Assembly: GCF_000150275.1 (NCBI RefSeq)
Contig: NW_002060961.1
Span: 124,001-188,000 of the forward strand
Length of the DNA stretch: 64,000 nucleotides
Direction of reading: 5' to 3'
Source of the DNA: Trichoplax adhaerens
Taxonomy: Eukaryota; Animalia; Placozoa
Shown: positions 1 through 13,100 of the stretch, piece by piece
Layout: each line of letters opens with the position of its first letter
How positions within the stretch are numbered: position 1 is the first letter of the stretch
Position numbers and translations under genes: made by a program
The notes under the pieces: model-generated
The model's input: the letters and a program-made list of their open reading frames with translations, nothing else
What the model was told of the DNA's origin: nothing
Database searches by the model: none

Positions 1-209
1 ACTCATCGATGTTACAGTCTAATTAAATAGATGGAGAGTATTAAGTGTCAAATTAAGAAATTCATGCCCTTAAGTTGTTAGAATAAACACACTATAAACA
101 GAAGATATCGAGCTGCACGTTAAGAATCCAATTAAAATGAAAGAGTCCATTATCTTCGCTTTAGATGATGTAGAACCCTAATTCTTGTTTAATTTCTTAT
201 TGATCCTAG

Positions 210-1079
210 TTTGAAAATTGGCCTGAAGTTTCATTATTGGAATTTACTCGCATTGGCGGCCAAGAAAAACGTGCCACTGACCATGCTAAAGAAGACGAAA
301 CCAGGAAGCATTTAGTTGATCAAGATATAACATATGTTACCGATCCAATCGAACGAGGCGATGCCATCCAAACGGATGAAAAATGGCATAGTATTGGTAG
401 AGGGAATCTCATGAGCTGTAGTGATGCAATAGGGCCAGAAGACGTTGTAGATGATGTTATTCTCGATGATAATATCGACGTTGGAGATAAAGAATCATTA
501 GAAAATCAACCTATGGTCCATGATGGAATGTATAGTTGGACATCACGTCATAATTTGGATGATATTTACGACTACATACATGACGGTGACGAAAATCCGC
601 ATGGTAGTATACCAAACATGGAAGTGCTAAATATACCGAACGATAATGAATCTTATACGCAGACTAAAAGTCCAAAGAAGCAATTACCAACTAAAGCAAA
701 TATCTTTGATTCGTCCGGTAAACGACGTACGATGACCATGGACTTAGCTCAAAGGCCTACAATTAGGAAAGCTAATTCCTCTGGAGGCATGCCTGCTCAT
801 TGGAATAGTCTAGGGCGCACTGTAGCATCACCAAATAAGCAAAGCAACGTTGAATTAGGTATTACAAACCTAAATCCTCCAGAAGTGCGACGCCAATTAT
901 CTTATTCTCCAACAGATTTTTCTCGATTTATATCTGTAGATAGGACAGTTAATACGAGTAAATCACAAGTGAATGGCAGATGTGCTAGTCCCTTGCTAAC
1001 CCGACCAGCTAATTTAGAACCGAAAAGGTTATTATCCACTAGCCAAGTTCTACTACAAACAGATGAAACTATAATCTGA
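210..1079 (+). CDS. Probable last coding exon of an unidentified gene (low-complexity, D/S/P-rich, likely disordered C-terminal region)
   Basis: The frame is open from an AG acceptor (ttgatcctag, 208-209) through FENWPEVSLLEF... to TGA at 1077-1079. The track start at 237 is a TTG, not a real initiator. An ATTAAA follows at ~1090. No recognisable domain. Confidence 0.55.
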   Translation, partial: FENWPEVSLLEFTRIGGQEKRATDHAKEDETRKHLVDQDITYVTDPIERGDAIQTDEKWHSIGRGNLMSCSDAIGPEDVVDDVILDDNIDVGDKESLENQPMVHDGMYSWTSRHNLDDIYDYIHDGDENPHGSIPNMEVLNIPNDNESYTQTKSPKKQLPTKANIFDSSGKRRTMTMDLAQRPTIRKANSSGGMPAHWNSLGRTVASPNKQSNVELGITNLNPPEVRRQLSYSPTDFSRFISVDRTVNTSKSQVNGRCASPLLTRPANLEPKRLLSTSQVLLQTDETII

Positions 1080-4000
1080 ATGAAAATTTATTAAAACCTG
1101 TGAATGAGTAAAGTAATGACCTGAAAATATAGGCTAAACACTGCATCCATTGGCTGATATATTAGTAGCTGTAACCTGTAAATATTCCTCAGGACATTGG
1201 TAATCGGTATACACCTGAGATTAACCTCTCAGAAAACAAGATTAAATTCCAGAATGATAGCGATGATTTTCTCTGCCTGACTACAGCTGCAGTCACCTGG
1301 AAGGGTAATGCATATTAAAATCTAGTCCTCTTTATGTCTAGTACGATAACATTGATTCTTTTACTATCAATCTTAGTGATCTGTACAGTACATCAGAGAA
1401 TTTGAAACTATTTATCTCACAGCTGCAAATAAAATGGTATCACGCTTGATGCTGCTTGCCAAGCCTTTTTATCTATCTAGCATTATCGTTATTCTTCATA
1501 ACACTTGATATTCAACCTAAACTGCGTAGATTGTATCAATCAGGCTTAAATATCGAGAAGGATAGATACTTCTCCCATTGTCCGCTACGATATGTAAGCA
1601 ATCTGTAGCTTTCAACCGCTAATTAATGCGTACTCAACACTTCCTTGGCAAAGCAAATCGGATCATAAACGGGACCAAGTACCTAACACCTCTCCATTTG
1701 GCACATCAACAGCTAAAATGAATTGTTCTGTTGAGAATGTAGGACTGTCTTAAAGACATTTATTATTCGATACGTGACACAATTCGTGAAGATGCCAATC
1801 GTATTGTTTCTTAACTATACTAGATCCGAAAAATTAGAAGACCGAGCTGGTATGAGCAATTCATTGTAAATTTTCTAGTCTCTTGCTCCAAGAATGACTA
1901 TAAATGATTATATTGAAATGATTATTAATTGAAATCGTTCTAAATAAGTAATTCTAATAAAATTGATTATTTTAAACCATAGCGATTACTTAAATTAACA
2001 TAAGCTTCATAAAATTGAATTCATAGCCATCCTATGTAATAAATAAATTATAACTAAACCATCATAAAAACTTTCTTTCGGCGTGCAAAGCTAATCGATC
2101 TAATGTAGCCAATTGTCGTCTCTAGATTATCCAACTATGATTTGACGTTTTATATCTGTCTATTTCAAAATCGTCTTATAGCTAAATATCGATTAGTATT
2201 AATAGCCAATTATTTTTACATTTATTCATAGTTTTATTTATTCTTCAAGTAACAAAATATCTATAATTTAATGGATTAATACAAGTATTTACCATGCTAT
2301 GGATAAAAATAATCATGTAGCACCGTTATTATCATACTCGCAATGTAATATGAAGATGATAATATCCCGTTGCTAAAGTATAGCATATTCTACGATATTC
2401 CTTGTTTTCATTGCAAGTCCTCTAGAATTTCATATCTACCAACTCAAAATATAATTGCTTTCAAAATTTTTCATAAGTAATGAAGCAGGTCTCTAAAAAT
2501 AAATTACCGGTGCCGAGTAATAACTTTATATATTGTAGTATTAGGCAGACATGTCTATAAAGTATAAGCTCATCTATACGGACTATGAATAGCAAACTGC
2601 TTATTAAAACTGATTTATTATAGCAGTAGAACAAAATGAATCGTCATGATAATAAATTCAAAATTCCTATCTATGATTCAAATGGTTTCAAAATTACTTC
2701 ATGATACATATTAATACTAAAACTGTTTTACTTGGTAAATATACTATTTTTAATCGATTGTTGAAAATTGGTATGCTCCATTGCAAATTTACTAGAAGCT
2801 ACTGATTAAGTATAGGCAATGATCAACGTGACCATGTAGTGTAAGCAAAATGTTATCCATATTTTGGATATTTGTTTTACGCTAGTGAAGAGAATTTTGC
2901 AATAAAATAGCGTTACTTTTAAGCTGAAGTAAACATACAAGTATACTATACGACGTATAAGCAAGGAGTTATTTCTGCTAGTAAAAAGCCACGAAACTAC
3001 TAAGTGAAACTAGAATTGAAATGATTGTATTACTCTGTAGTCTCGGCAACGTTGATGCGAAATATACTCTAGATATACGATGATAAGATACCAGTAGTAG
3101 CATATTGTAATAAAAATTTAATTTGGTCTGTCTACGTTAAAAACTTTATGAGAAATACATATTTTGTATTAAAAGTAATTAAAGACTTATTACTAGTGCA
3201 ATATATTGCCAGATATTGATAATTCTATGTTCGCTGAGCTTTGCTGGAGAAGGGCGATTAGCAGATTACGAATGCAGTTATATGGAATATTGTAATGCAG
3301 AGTGCTGCATGCTCTATCCGATTGGTATTTTGTAAAATTAGAAGTGAATTTCGCTACAAGTATTCTATGTTGACATCAATTATATATCGATAACATCTTC
3401 TATCCCTCAACTGAAAGTAAGTATGTAAGAATTATAATGTAGATTAAAAAACTTAAAAATAGAGAATGTACAATTGGAATTGGATTTATTTAGGTCAATT
3501 TTAGAGAGGATAAACGGGGATTTAGCCGCTCACAAGACTACGTTAGCGTAATTTATACTATTGCATTCCAGCTATAAACTATTCGTAATAAACTGTTATC
3601 GTCTATTGCAGATTAGAACATACTAATCGTGATAATAGCGGGCGTAGAGGTAGATTTATTGGCGTATTATTGATTAAAATTTAGCTTACTCAAAGTACCG
3701 GTATCCCTTATAATCGATTGTGCCAAGATGATAAGCAACAGAATCGAGATTAGGCACTTTAATTAAAATTAGAATTTCTTGATTGAGTAAATATTAATTA
3801 CACGAAGCATTCGCTGATATGGGATCAGTAATAGTGCTTCCTTATAGTTTAATAGGGCCTGCTATACAATTTTTTAATATAATCATCATCGGCATAAGCT
3901 CCATCACGTTAGAAAAATGCAAAAATTAATAATTTATCATAACTCATCATTAACTCAACTGTTATTTATCTATTATCTATCAATATCAAGTTTTGACAAC

Positions 4001-4124
4001 ATATTTTACTTAGTTGATTGCAACTTTTAACCTATTCTCATTTTCATGAAGATAGCTTAAAACTAGTTTGTTACTAAAATTTAAATTTTGGATATTTGCA
4101 TCGCCCATAATATTAGTCCTTCCA

Positions 4125-7100
4125 CTAAGTCACAATTGGTGTAAGATCACTCATTTCCTCATTCTGCTTGCGGTGAAAAGAAATGCTATCACAATTAAGA
4201 AAAGTAATCCAATTTGAGCATGACCTAAATATGTTACTACTACTCAAGTAGTATAACAATGTAAATAGGATACCACCATATATCAATTTACAGCATGAAA
4301 TTATAGTTGCAAACGAGTTTCATTTACATAACCTCGTAATATACAATTATTGAAGCGCACTTGCAGTAACAGGTTTATTCAATACAGCTAGAGTTTTTAA
4401 TACTTACCTCATAAATAATACGTTTTTCCTATTATTACGCCAAAAGACTAATAAGCGAGTGCTTAAGGTACATATTATGAAAGCTGAAACCACAATAACA
4501 ATGATAGTAACATGATTTCTAGCTTGATCTCGTGATATTCCAGTAGTATTATCTGTTGCTGTTATGACTGTGCCATTAAGATTTTTAATTTCAGAGCTGT
4601 AAATAGTGGTGCATGGATAATAGTTTTAGAACTTAATTTTAAAAGTTAGAGAATCAATTGATTCATTTAGGCTATACAGATTTAATACTATGCATCACGT
4701 AATGTGTAGCACTATTTTAGCAGTAAATATGTTATGGCACGATCGAATATTAATTTATTATATAAATTAAGCCATCAAATTGAGTAAATCTGTATCATTT
4801 TTACTTACAAATAGCAGGCTAACAAAGTTGGCCAGACTAAAATGTATTTACAATCTTGAGATTCGTAAACAAAGTTGGGCTGGCCCTATTATTTTAATAT
4901 GAAGAATATTATTAATAGCTCAAATTCTTAATGGTTCTTTTCGTTTCTTTGTAATGATTATAAATGCTTAAGCATCATTTCAGGATCGATGATTCTATTT
5001 CAAGGTTAAAATATTTCTTGGCTTAATAGCGATTCAAATAATGAATTGCTCATATCCTAGAATAATACTGGATGCATGTAAGTTCTACGTAATACGATTG
5101 CAAAAGAAACCTGACTTATTTGAAGATAGAAACAATCGGTCAGAGCATAGCCATGTTCTGATTAGCATCAGTCTTAAGAATTCAAAGAAGGACGGATTTT
5201 ATTTACGTGGTAAGCTACAGTAATTGTGGAATTTCATTCTTTACTATGTCTTATAAGCTATATTTAATTCAATTAATTCATTCTTAGTTCCTCGTTTTGG
5301 GTCGTAAACATGCTAAGAATAATTGGAAAGTAGCTAAATTTTCTCAATGAGGTTCATCCTCAAAGCTATGATCTGCAATTGTGGAAATTGTTGACGAGAA
5401 CCAATAATCAGCTCTGTTACTCTAAATCTTTCGCAATTAAAATTGTTGATAAAATTAATGATAGATTTACTGCATTCCTGTTAAATTAGGCTACGAACTA
5501 CTACATCCAACTTAGGATAAGTATATTAGCAAAAGTACAATATGCTAGTAAATATCATAAATCATTGATAATTATGTCTGTTACGGTACTATTCGATAGC
5601 CATTAACTTTTCAGTTTAGTCTGGTTATAATCGAAAATTGCAATCATTTGATTCATGTATAAAATTGAGCTGCTTTTGTTATGATATACTATGAAATTAG
5701 TCGTGTGGGCTTCTATCGCAAAGTTAACTATTCTAATCTATCAGCCGTACTGATTGCCGAATATAACTATCACCAGATTAACTGCACTTGTAAATACAGG
5801 ACACTACAGCTACAATACCTCTTTGCTGCTAATTATTTAATTCTCTCCAAACTAGCTTAATTTAGCCAAAATGAGATATGCTACTTACTTTCTTTTACCC
5901 CAATGATTACACAGCTGTATACTAGCATACTAATATGATTTAAGGATACTTAATAGATTGACTATGTATTAATATCGATGCGTAACTTCCCTAACAACAA
6001 CTCAATTTTAAAATTAAATTTCATTCAAACTTGAGGCATTAAATATATGTATCAATCGTTCTGTATTGGACTCAATCAGCATGGAATTACTTCTTTTAAT
6101 CTATCACAAAGTGGCACAGCTTAACCTTATATTATAGTATTTTGTATTATGGTATATCATTTCATAGTAAAAGAGAGAAAATGAAATAAACCTCGGCTGT
6201 TTTGCTCATACCAAATATTGGTCAGGATCACACCGGAAGAATATAACCGTTGTAATAGTTTTATTAGTGCCTGGGCGGCATCGATGTTTTGTTGGTAAAA
6301 TCATTTCTAGTATATTATGATTTCGCATATAGAATTCTCTATGCATGGTACTGCTACCAATTTGATGATGAATTCCATCACTTTCGACTATGCAGGCACT
6401 GCTATCTACGCAAGAGCTATTCCGATTTAATGCGTTCAAATTCTTGCAGACATTAATAAATAATGTCGAATTTTTACCATAATTTGTAGTTACCGTGATA
6501 TTCCAGTTATTTGACGGCAGAGCAAAATCGTTGGCGTTAAAAAATATTCCAGTCTGCTGATCTACAGTGATGATGCAATCGTTATCCGGCAGTGGTCCAT
6601 GCTGTCTTTTACAAGCAAGAATAGATGGCCATAGAAATTGAGCACGACATTTCGTCATGTCAAATTGAAGAAGTTTCGGTTTACTAATTCTAGAATCGCA
6701 ACTAAAGTGAATTGCTGTTGTTGCTGACTGATTTCTACGTTGGCATAATGGTGCTCCGAAAGCATAAGAAACTGTCACTACCGATTGATCCCTATTAGAT
6801 GGAGAAAAATTTCGTGACCAGGTTAATCCAAGTGTTTCAGTATTTATTTCATTTCTATCTTGCATGCAAATTGCAGCTGACGGTAAACAACCTTGAGGTC
6901 GATTACGGATTGGATCGCACAAGTTAAGCCAATATCGATTACCTTTAGCATCTACCCATTTCCAATCTGACCCCATAAGAGAAAATGGGCTTAGATCAAA
7001 TTGACCGTTACGATTTCTAATCGTGCATTCATTTTGATAATGCAAGGAACAAGCATATTTGGTTTTCCATATAAAATTAAATTCACAGGAATCATCATCT

Positions 7101-10100
7101 TGAGTTATAAGAATCGGTTTACCATTTCCGCCATTTTTATCACATATCAATATAATTGTAGTAGAAATTCTTTGACTAGAATTTTTAGAGCATACTGATC
7201 CGTTAAAGTATTGTAATGTTAATATATCCCGATCGAGAATCGTTAAAAGACTACTATCGACTGAGCCTAACGAAAGAGAGCTACCATTCTGTGCTAAACA
7301 GACACTAGCTCCAGCACATTCGGACTTTGACAGAGCTAAGTTTTGAACGGTATCGCATATACGAAGATAGATCAAGCCGTAGGATGATTGAATAACGTAA
7401 TGACTCTCACTGAATTGATTTAGACGAGATAAATTGTACATGGAATTAGTGATTGCATTGTGGATCCAACAGCTATTCCATTTACTTTGTTTGCTAGTGC
7501 AAGCACGGTTGGTTCGCCACCAAATCGTATCCTGGCATGAATCTGATCGATTCAAATCTAAAACTGGATAGCCAATAGAGCCCATTCTGCAAGTGAAGAT
7601 GATTAAAGTACTTCTGTTTCTGGAGGTATCCGCAGAACACGGACTACCTTGGGCATACCTCAAGATGATGGAACCATCTGGATCTATTTTAGCGGGATGA
7701 TCAAATCCACCAAGATTAACTGTTAAGTTAGATCGTGGTAGTATAGCACAAGCGGCAGATCCTGCGGGGCATCGTAGGTTTTCAACCGGATTCAGAGCTT
7801 TGCAAATATTAATATAAATTTTCTTGTCGATACCTATCGAATTCTGAACATTATAAACTTTCCAGCCTCCCTGATTTCTGGTCAAGGGAGATAAATCCAC
7901 CATTGAACCATTTGGATTTGTGGCTAGGCATTCCGTCTGCTCTTCACAAGCAAGTTTGGTCGGCCAAATGAACGAATAGACACATTGACGGCTTTCATTA
8001 ATAAAAATAGGTCGCCCAATAGTAATGTTTGGCGAGCATATAAAAGTGATGATTGTACTTCGATGATGGAGTCCATGGCATAAATCTCCATCAGAATAAT
8101 TGAAGAATAACTGCCCAGCATGATAGTAGAGTATTTTATTAACACGTCCACAATTATACCTTAGGGTGTGATTCGTTTGATAGAATTGGCAATTTGCTGA
8201 CTGATTACTGCAATAATTGACATTTAATGGACCACAAACATTGATATTGAAAGCATGTCCTTTGCGATCAGTCACGATATAGTCTTGATTCGGATTATAT
8301 AACGAATTTAGATTAAATATATGACCAGATAACGGATTTTTAATCCTACAATTTTCTCCAGCTGCTGACTGAACAGGGCAAGCGGCTTCGTGGATCCAAA
8401 GGAAGTAATAATGGCAATGATTTTCATGACTGATGAATACAGGAGCATTCTATGGTTATATAGTAAATTATTGAAATCTCAATAGTAGTAAAACTCTAGT
8501 TGGTAATTAAATTAAATCATCAATATATAATGTTATTTAGATTGAATGATGGAGCAAAGAAGAGCAGTTTATATTAAAATAACTGAATAGAGAATACAGT
8601 AGTATATCGCGGAGATTTATGTAATATATCGAAAATCATAGAGATGCTAACATGATACACTGATGTTATACCTACTTTAACTCCATATTTGCATGTAAAC
8701 ATTATCCTGGTGGTCTTTCTGCTAGAACCGTCTGAGCAAATATCGCCATGCGTATAAAATAAACTTAATAAGCCATTTTCGATCTTAATACCTTTGCTTA
8801 TTCTTCCGAGATTATGAAATATTCTAGAACCATACATCATTAAAGTCAGGGAAGATTACATTAATAATTTCATGTTTATTTGCATCATCATCTCTAGAAC
8901 TTTTAAATCAACTTCATACCTCGATTTATTTTTACCCTGTTGATTAATTATCAGGCAAGATTTTGAGGAATTTGGACAACCCATTACGCCTTGTACAGAT
9001 CGACAAACGTTGATATAATAAATTTGATTCGACGGAGATTTTGCGTTTACAGCTAACCAGCCACCGTTCGATTTGACCAAGCTGCTTAGATCGTACTGTT
9101 TGCCAGTATTTTGATCTGTTATGCTCATTTGGCAATGGTATAATTGCGCTGAGGAGCAAGCAGCAGAAGTATACCATCGAAATTCATGCATACAATTGGG
9201 CCATCGTTGAATAAAAATCGGCCCAGAGCCAATGATGTCGCCCGTCAAATTGCAATAAAAGTGAATTAAAGTTGATTCCCGATTTTCCAAAGATAAATCA
9301 CATTTATTGCCATGGGTGTAACGTAGAGTTAAACGATTTCGTTCATAAATTAAATTACCATTATTCATGCCAAGTGATTTTACTGCCTGTGTTCCTAATG
9401 TAACGATGCGGTAGAATTTTATAGTTTAGAATTATTTAGCAAACATCTTTAATGAAATTAATCTTATTTGCAGAAAAAATCACAAATGTTAATACGTTTA
9501 CTTCTGATTACAGTAGCGCTAAAATCGTAAAGAGTTTATATTACGAATAAGTAACATACATGTAGAGCAATAAAAACTATTTCTTTGGTTGTTTGTAGAT
9601 ATTTTATAGAATAATAAAAAAATTGCTGATCTAAAATTTTTAGTTTAGAAGAGTTTGGGCAGACATCATCGAGATCAATCCGGTTATAGAAACATTACAC
9701 AAATGCTGATGCATTTGTTTCTGATCACAGGAGACTTAAATTGCAAATAATTTGCTGTTACTAGTAAAATGATATATTTAAAGCAGTCAAAACTACTTCA
9801 TACGTTCTCTATGGATATTTTATAGTTGCATGTGATCATTGTTAATCTACCGCGGCTACCTTTAATCCTAAATTACTGAAAGTCCTATAGATTTGATTTA
9901 ATGCAATATTGTTTCAGAAGCAATACGTAAGGTTTCATAAAGGATCATGTATCCTTTATTTTCTATTAATAGTCAATTAAACCAACCTTTATTATAACTG
10001 CAGGCTCCACTCGATTTATCAGTTCCACATGGCACCACTAAAGGCTGGCAAATATTCAGCCTATAGATAGTTTTATTACTGACCATGACATTATAATCGC

Positions 10101-13100
10101 TTTTAAAATTTGAAAGTGACGATAAATCATAATAATGATGAAATGTAGGATCAAAGGCTTGGCATTGCTGACCAACAGTTGATGGAGTTGGACATGCTGC
10201 TGGAGTTTGTAAGAAGAAAATATATTCACATTGGTAGGTTTCGTGAGAAAATGTTAGACGACCCTAGCATTGAATCAGAGAGCCAATAAGATCAATATTA
10301 TGTAGCTTAATAACATAAGCTTTCGCAAGAAGTAAACTCTATAGCTAATTTTTGGGAGGATACAGATTGTGTGGTTTATCAAGACATGTTGCGAGGTCTA
10401 TGAGCTATAGGTGCGATGGAAATAGCCGCTATGAATGTTATTACCTAATACGATCTACTACAGTTTAAGAGATGATGAGTTACTTTAGGAACTTAAATTA
10501 AGGTGCCGTAAATTTATTTATAGGTAATAGTGCTTACACGAAGGTCGCCATGGAAATAAGCAATAGAAATGGATATAATTAAGAAAGCCGGCAAGTGCAA
10601 ATATACCATACAAAACTATCAGCTAGACTTTAGCATGCAATTTATAGAATGGTTATTCGGAAAGTTCTAATAGGACAGGGAGTAAAGAATTAAAATTAAT
10701 GACTACAGGGTCACATGCACTTACAATTGATGAGTATTTAAACTAAGCTCGATTGCGCTAATATAAACAATATAGCTATGAGTGAGATCCATGGAAAGCC
10801 TATTTGTTAATATAGCAAATAAAAAGTCAAAGTGATGAAAATAGCTCCAACCTCAACATCGGAGCAAATCAGCTGAATGGTTGTACTCCTTCTATATCGG
10901 TGATGGCATAGATCGCCATTGATATAGCGAAGATAAATACGATCGTTCTTGAAGATAGGTGGTGATGCAATGTAGCCAATGTTATAACTAATATTGTGAA
11001 CTGTGTCGACTTGACAACCACCTAAAAATGGTGTGGAGGTAGAACAGAAAGGTCCATCGACAGGATTAACAGGGCCGCAAATATTGATGTAATATCTAAA
11101 CTGGATATGGTAGCGACGTTCAGTAGCATCCCAATTATTATTAGACCTATAAAGATTCGACAAATTGTAGTGATTTCCAGCACTGTCTTGTACATAGCAT
11201 GAAGTGGATCGAGGTGGGCAAGCTAATGGAGTAGAAACATTGAATACATAATTTCCGCTTGATGTCAATTGGTAAAAAATTATTCTTGCACTATTAACGT
11301 GAATAGCATGGAGATCGCATTGAAATAATAATGTTGTACTGGGATAATCTTGTCCAATTGAAGGATAATGCAATTGTAGCTGATTATCTTTGCTAATTAA
11401 AGTATCCAGTTGTCCTTGTGTCCTACCCAAAATCATCTTATCCTTGCAAACGCTAGCTACACTACTATTAGAAGTAGTCAATAAAAACATAGAGGTATTA
11501 TTATTCGATATCTTTTTGACTAATGCAAAGTTTTAAAATATGGAAAACCTTTTATGAAATCTAGATAAAACAATGTAGTTTACATGAAGGACTTACCTAG
11601 AATCAGAATCTCTGCACGCAGAATGCCAAAGTCGGTTGCAAATATTGAATTGTACCGTTTGATTGTTCCCTATTTTCACTTCATATCTGCTAAATATCCT
11701 CCGTAAGGGGATCATGTTATAAACAAATCGATTCAAAGGGTCCTTGTAACTACAATAAGGTGGAAATGCTGTACCAAGCTTTCTTTTACAAGCGAATTTT
11801 GTCGACCAGGATATAAAATAGGTACAGGAATCTTCCTCATGAAAGAATGGAATACCTATATTTTCAAAAATGTCGCAACGAAATAAAATAACAGTCGATC
11901 GATTTATTCCATTACGACAAGATGATCCATGATTATATATTAAAGTCAGTTGATTATCCACATAACGTAGTTTCATGTACTTGAAATCGCCACCTCGATA
12001 TTCTTGATGGATACCAGCATCATGAATTTGACATACGGCGTTAGATTTCGATTGATCTCCATTTGCTGTACCACAAGCAGGCAAATTAGAAGGACCACAT
12101 ACGTTAAAATAGATAGTAGAGTGAGTCTTATAATTAGTTACTCGATAATCATGCTTGGAATTCATGAGTGGATTTAAATCAAAATAGTAACCATCGGCCA
12201 TAGTAAAACTGCAATTATTCTTTATTAGCAAATTTTTCACCGGACAAGCATATTCAGTCACCCACTCTATAATATACCGACATGCACTACTTGAATTAAT
12301 CAGTCTAGGACCCGGATTCTAATGGAAGGAATAATCTAAATTTAAATCTTATTAATTTGAAACTTATATTTAGGATTTATTTTATGATAAGATGGAATAT
12401 CATTCTTGTATTCACTAGTATATTATATCTTAATATTATCGTTAATGAATTATCTTGATTAATCGAATTTTAAATGAAATGATGCAAAAACTAAACAGTC
12501 ACCTGCACTGATTTGTTACAACGAAAAATAATTTCAGTTGTAATTGGCCGCTGCATACATGCTGAATAGTTTTGCTTAGTCACATAACTCAGAAATATTT
12601 TGCCATTTCGATATTGCGGTGGATACATCGGCTCACCGATATTTATTGGACTTCTGTTGCTGTCACTGTTGATTATACAAGCACTAGATTGGGCTGGGCA
12701 GCCATAATAACGATCGAAAAGTGATCTTATTCGTATATTTCTACAGACATTAATATAAATTTGCTTCTGTGTTGAGTTTTGTACCAAATAGCCACCTGCA
12801 ATAGCGTTAAGAATAATAAGATTAAACACACAAACACAAAGCAAAAATCAGGAATAAATTTAGTATAGAATATATGAGTATAGCAAATGAATTAAAGCCT
12901 TGATTTTCTTATAAATATAGTTACTGTCGTGGCTATAATCATGACTAGGTGTATTTTTAAGTAAAACTTTTAGCTTAATATGAAGAGTATCTGCGAGACG
13001 AAATAAATGCTTCTCGACAAGTACACGCAAAATAAAATAATCATCGTCAAAATATTATAAATAAATCATTTGTTTAGAGTAATAATATCTGTATGTGACA

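Noticed and set aside
2349-2390. YEDDNIPLL peptide resembling an acidic dileucine motif near the CI-MPR 3' end
   Set aside because: It is on the + strand, opposite to the receptor gene, and is preceded by a stop codon.
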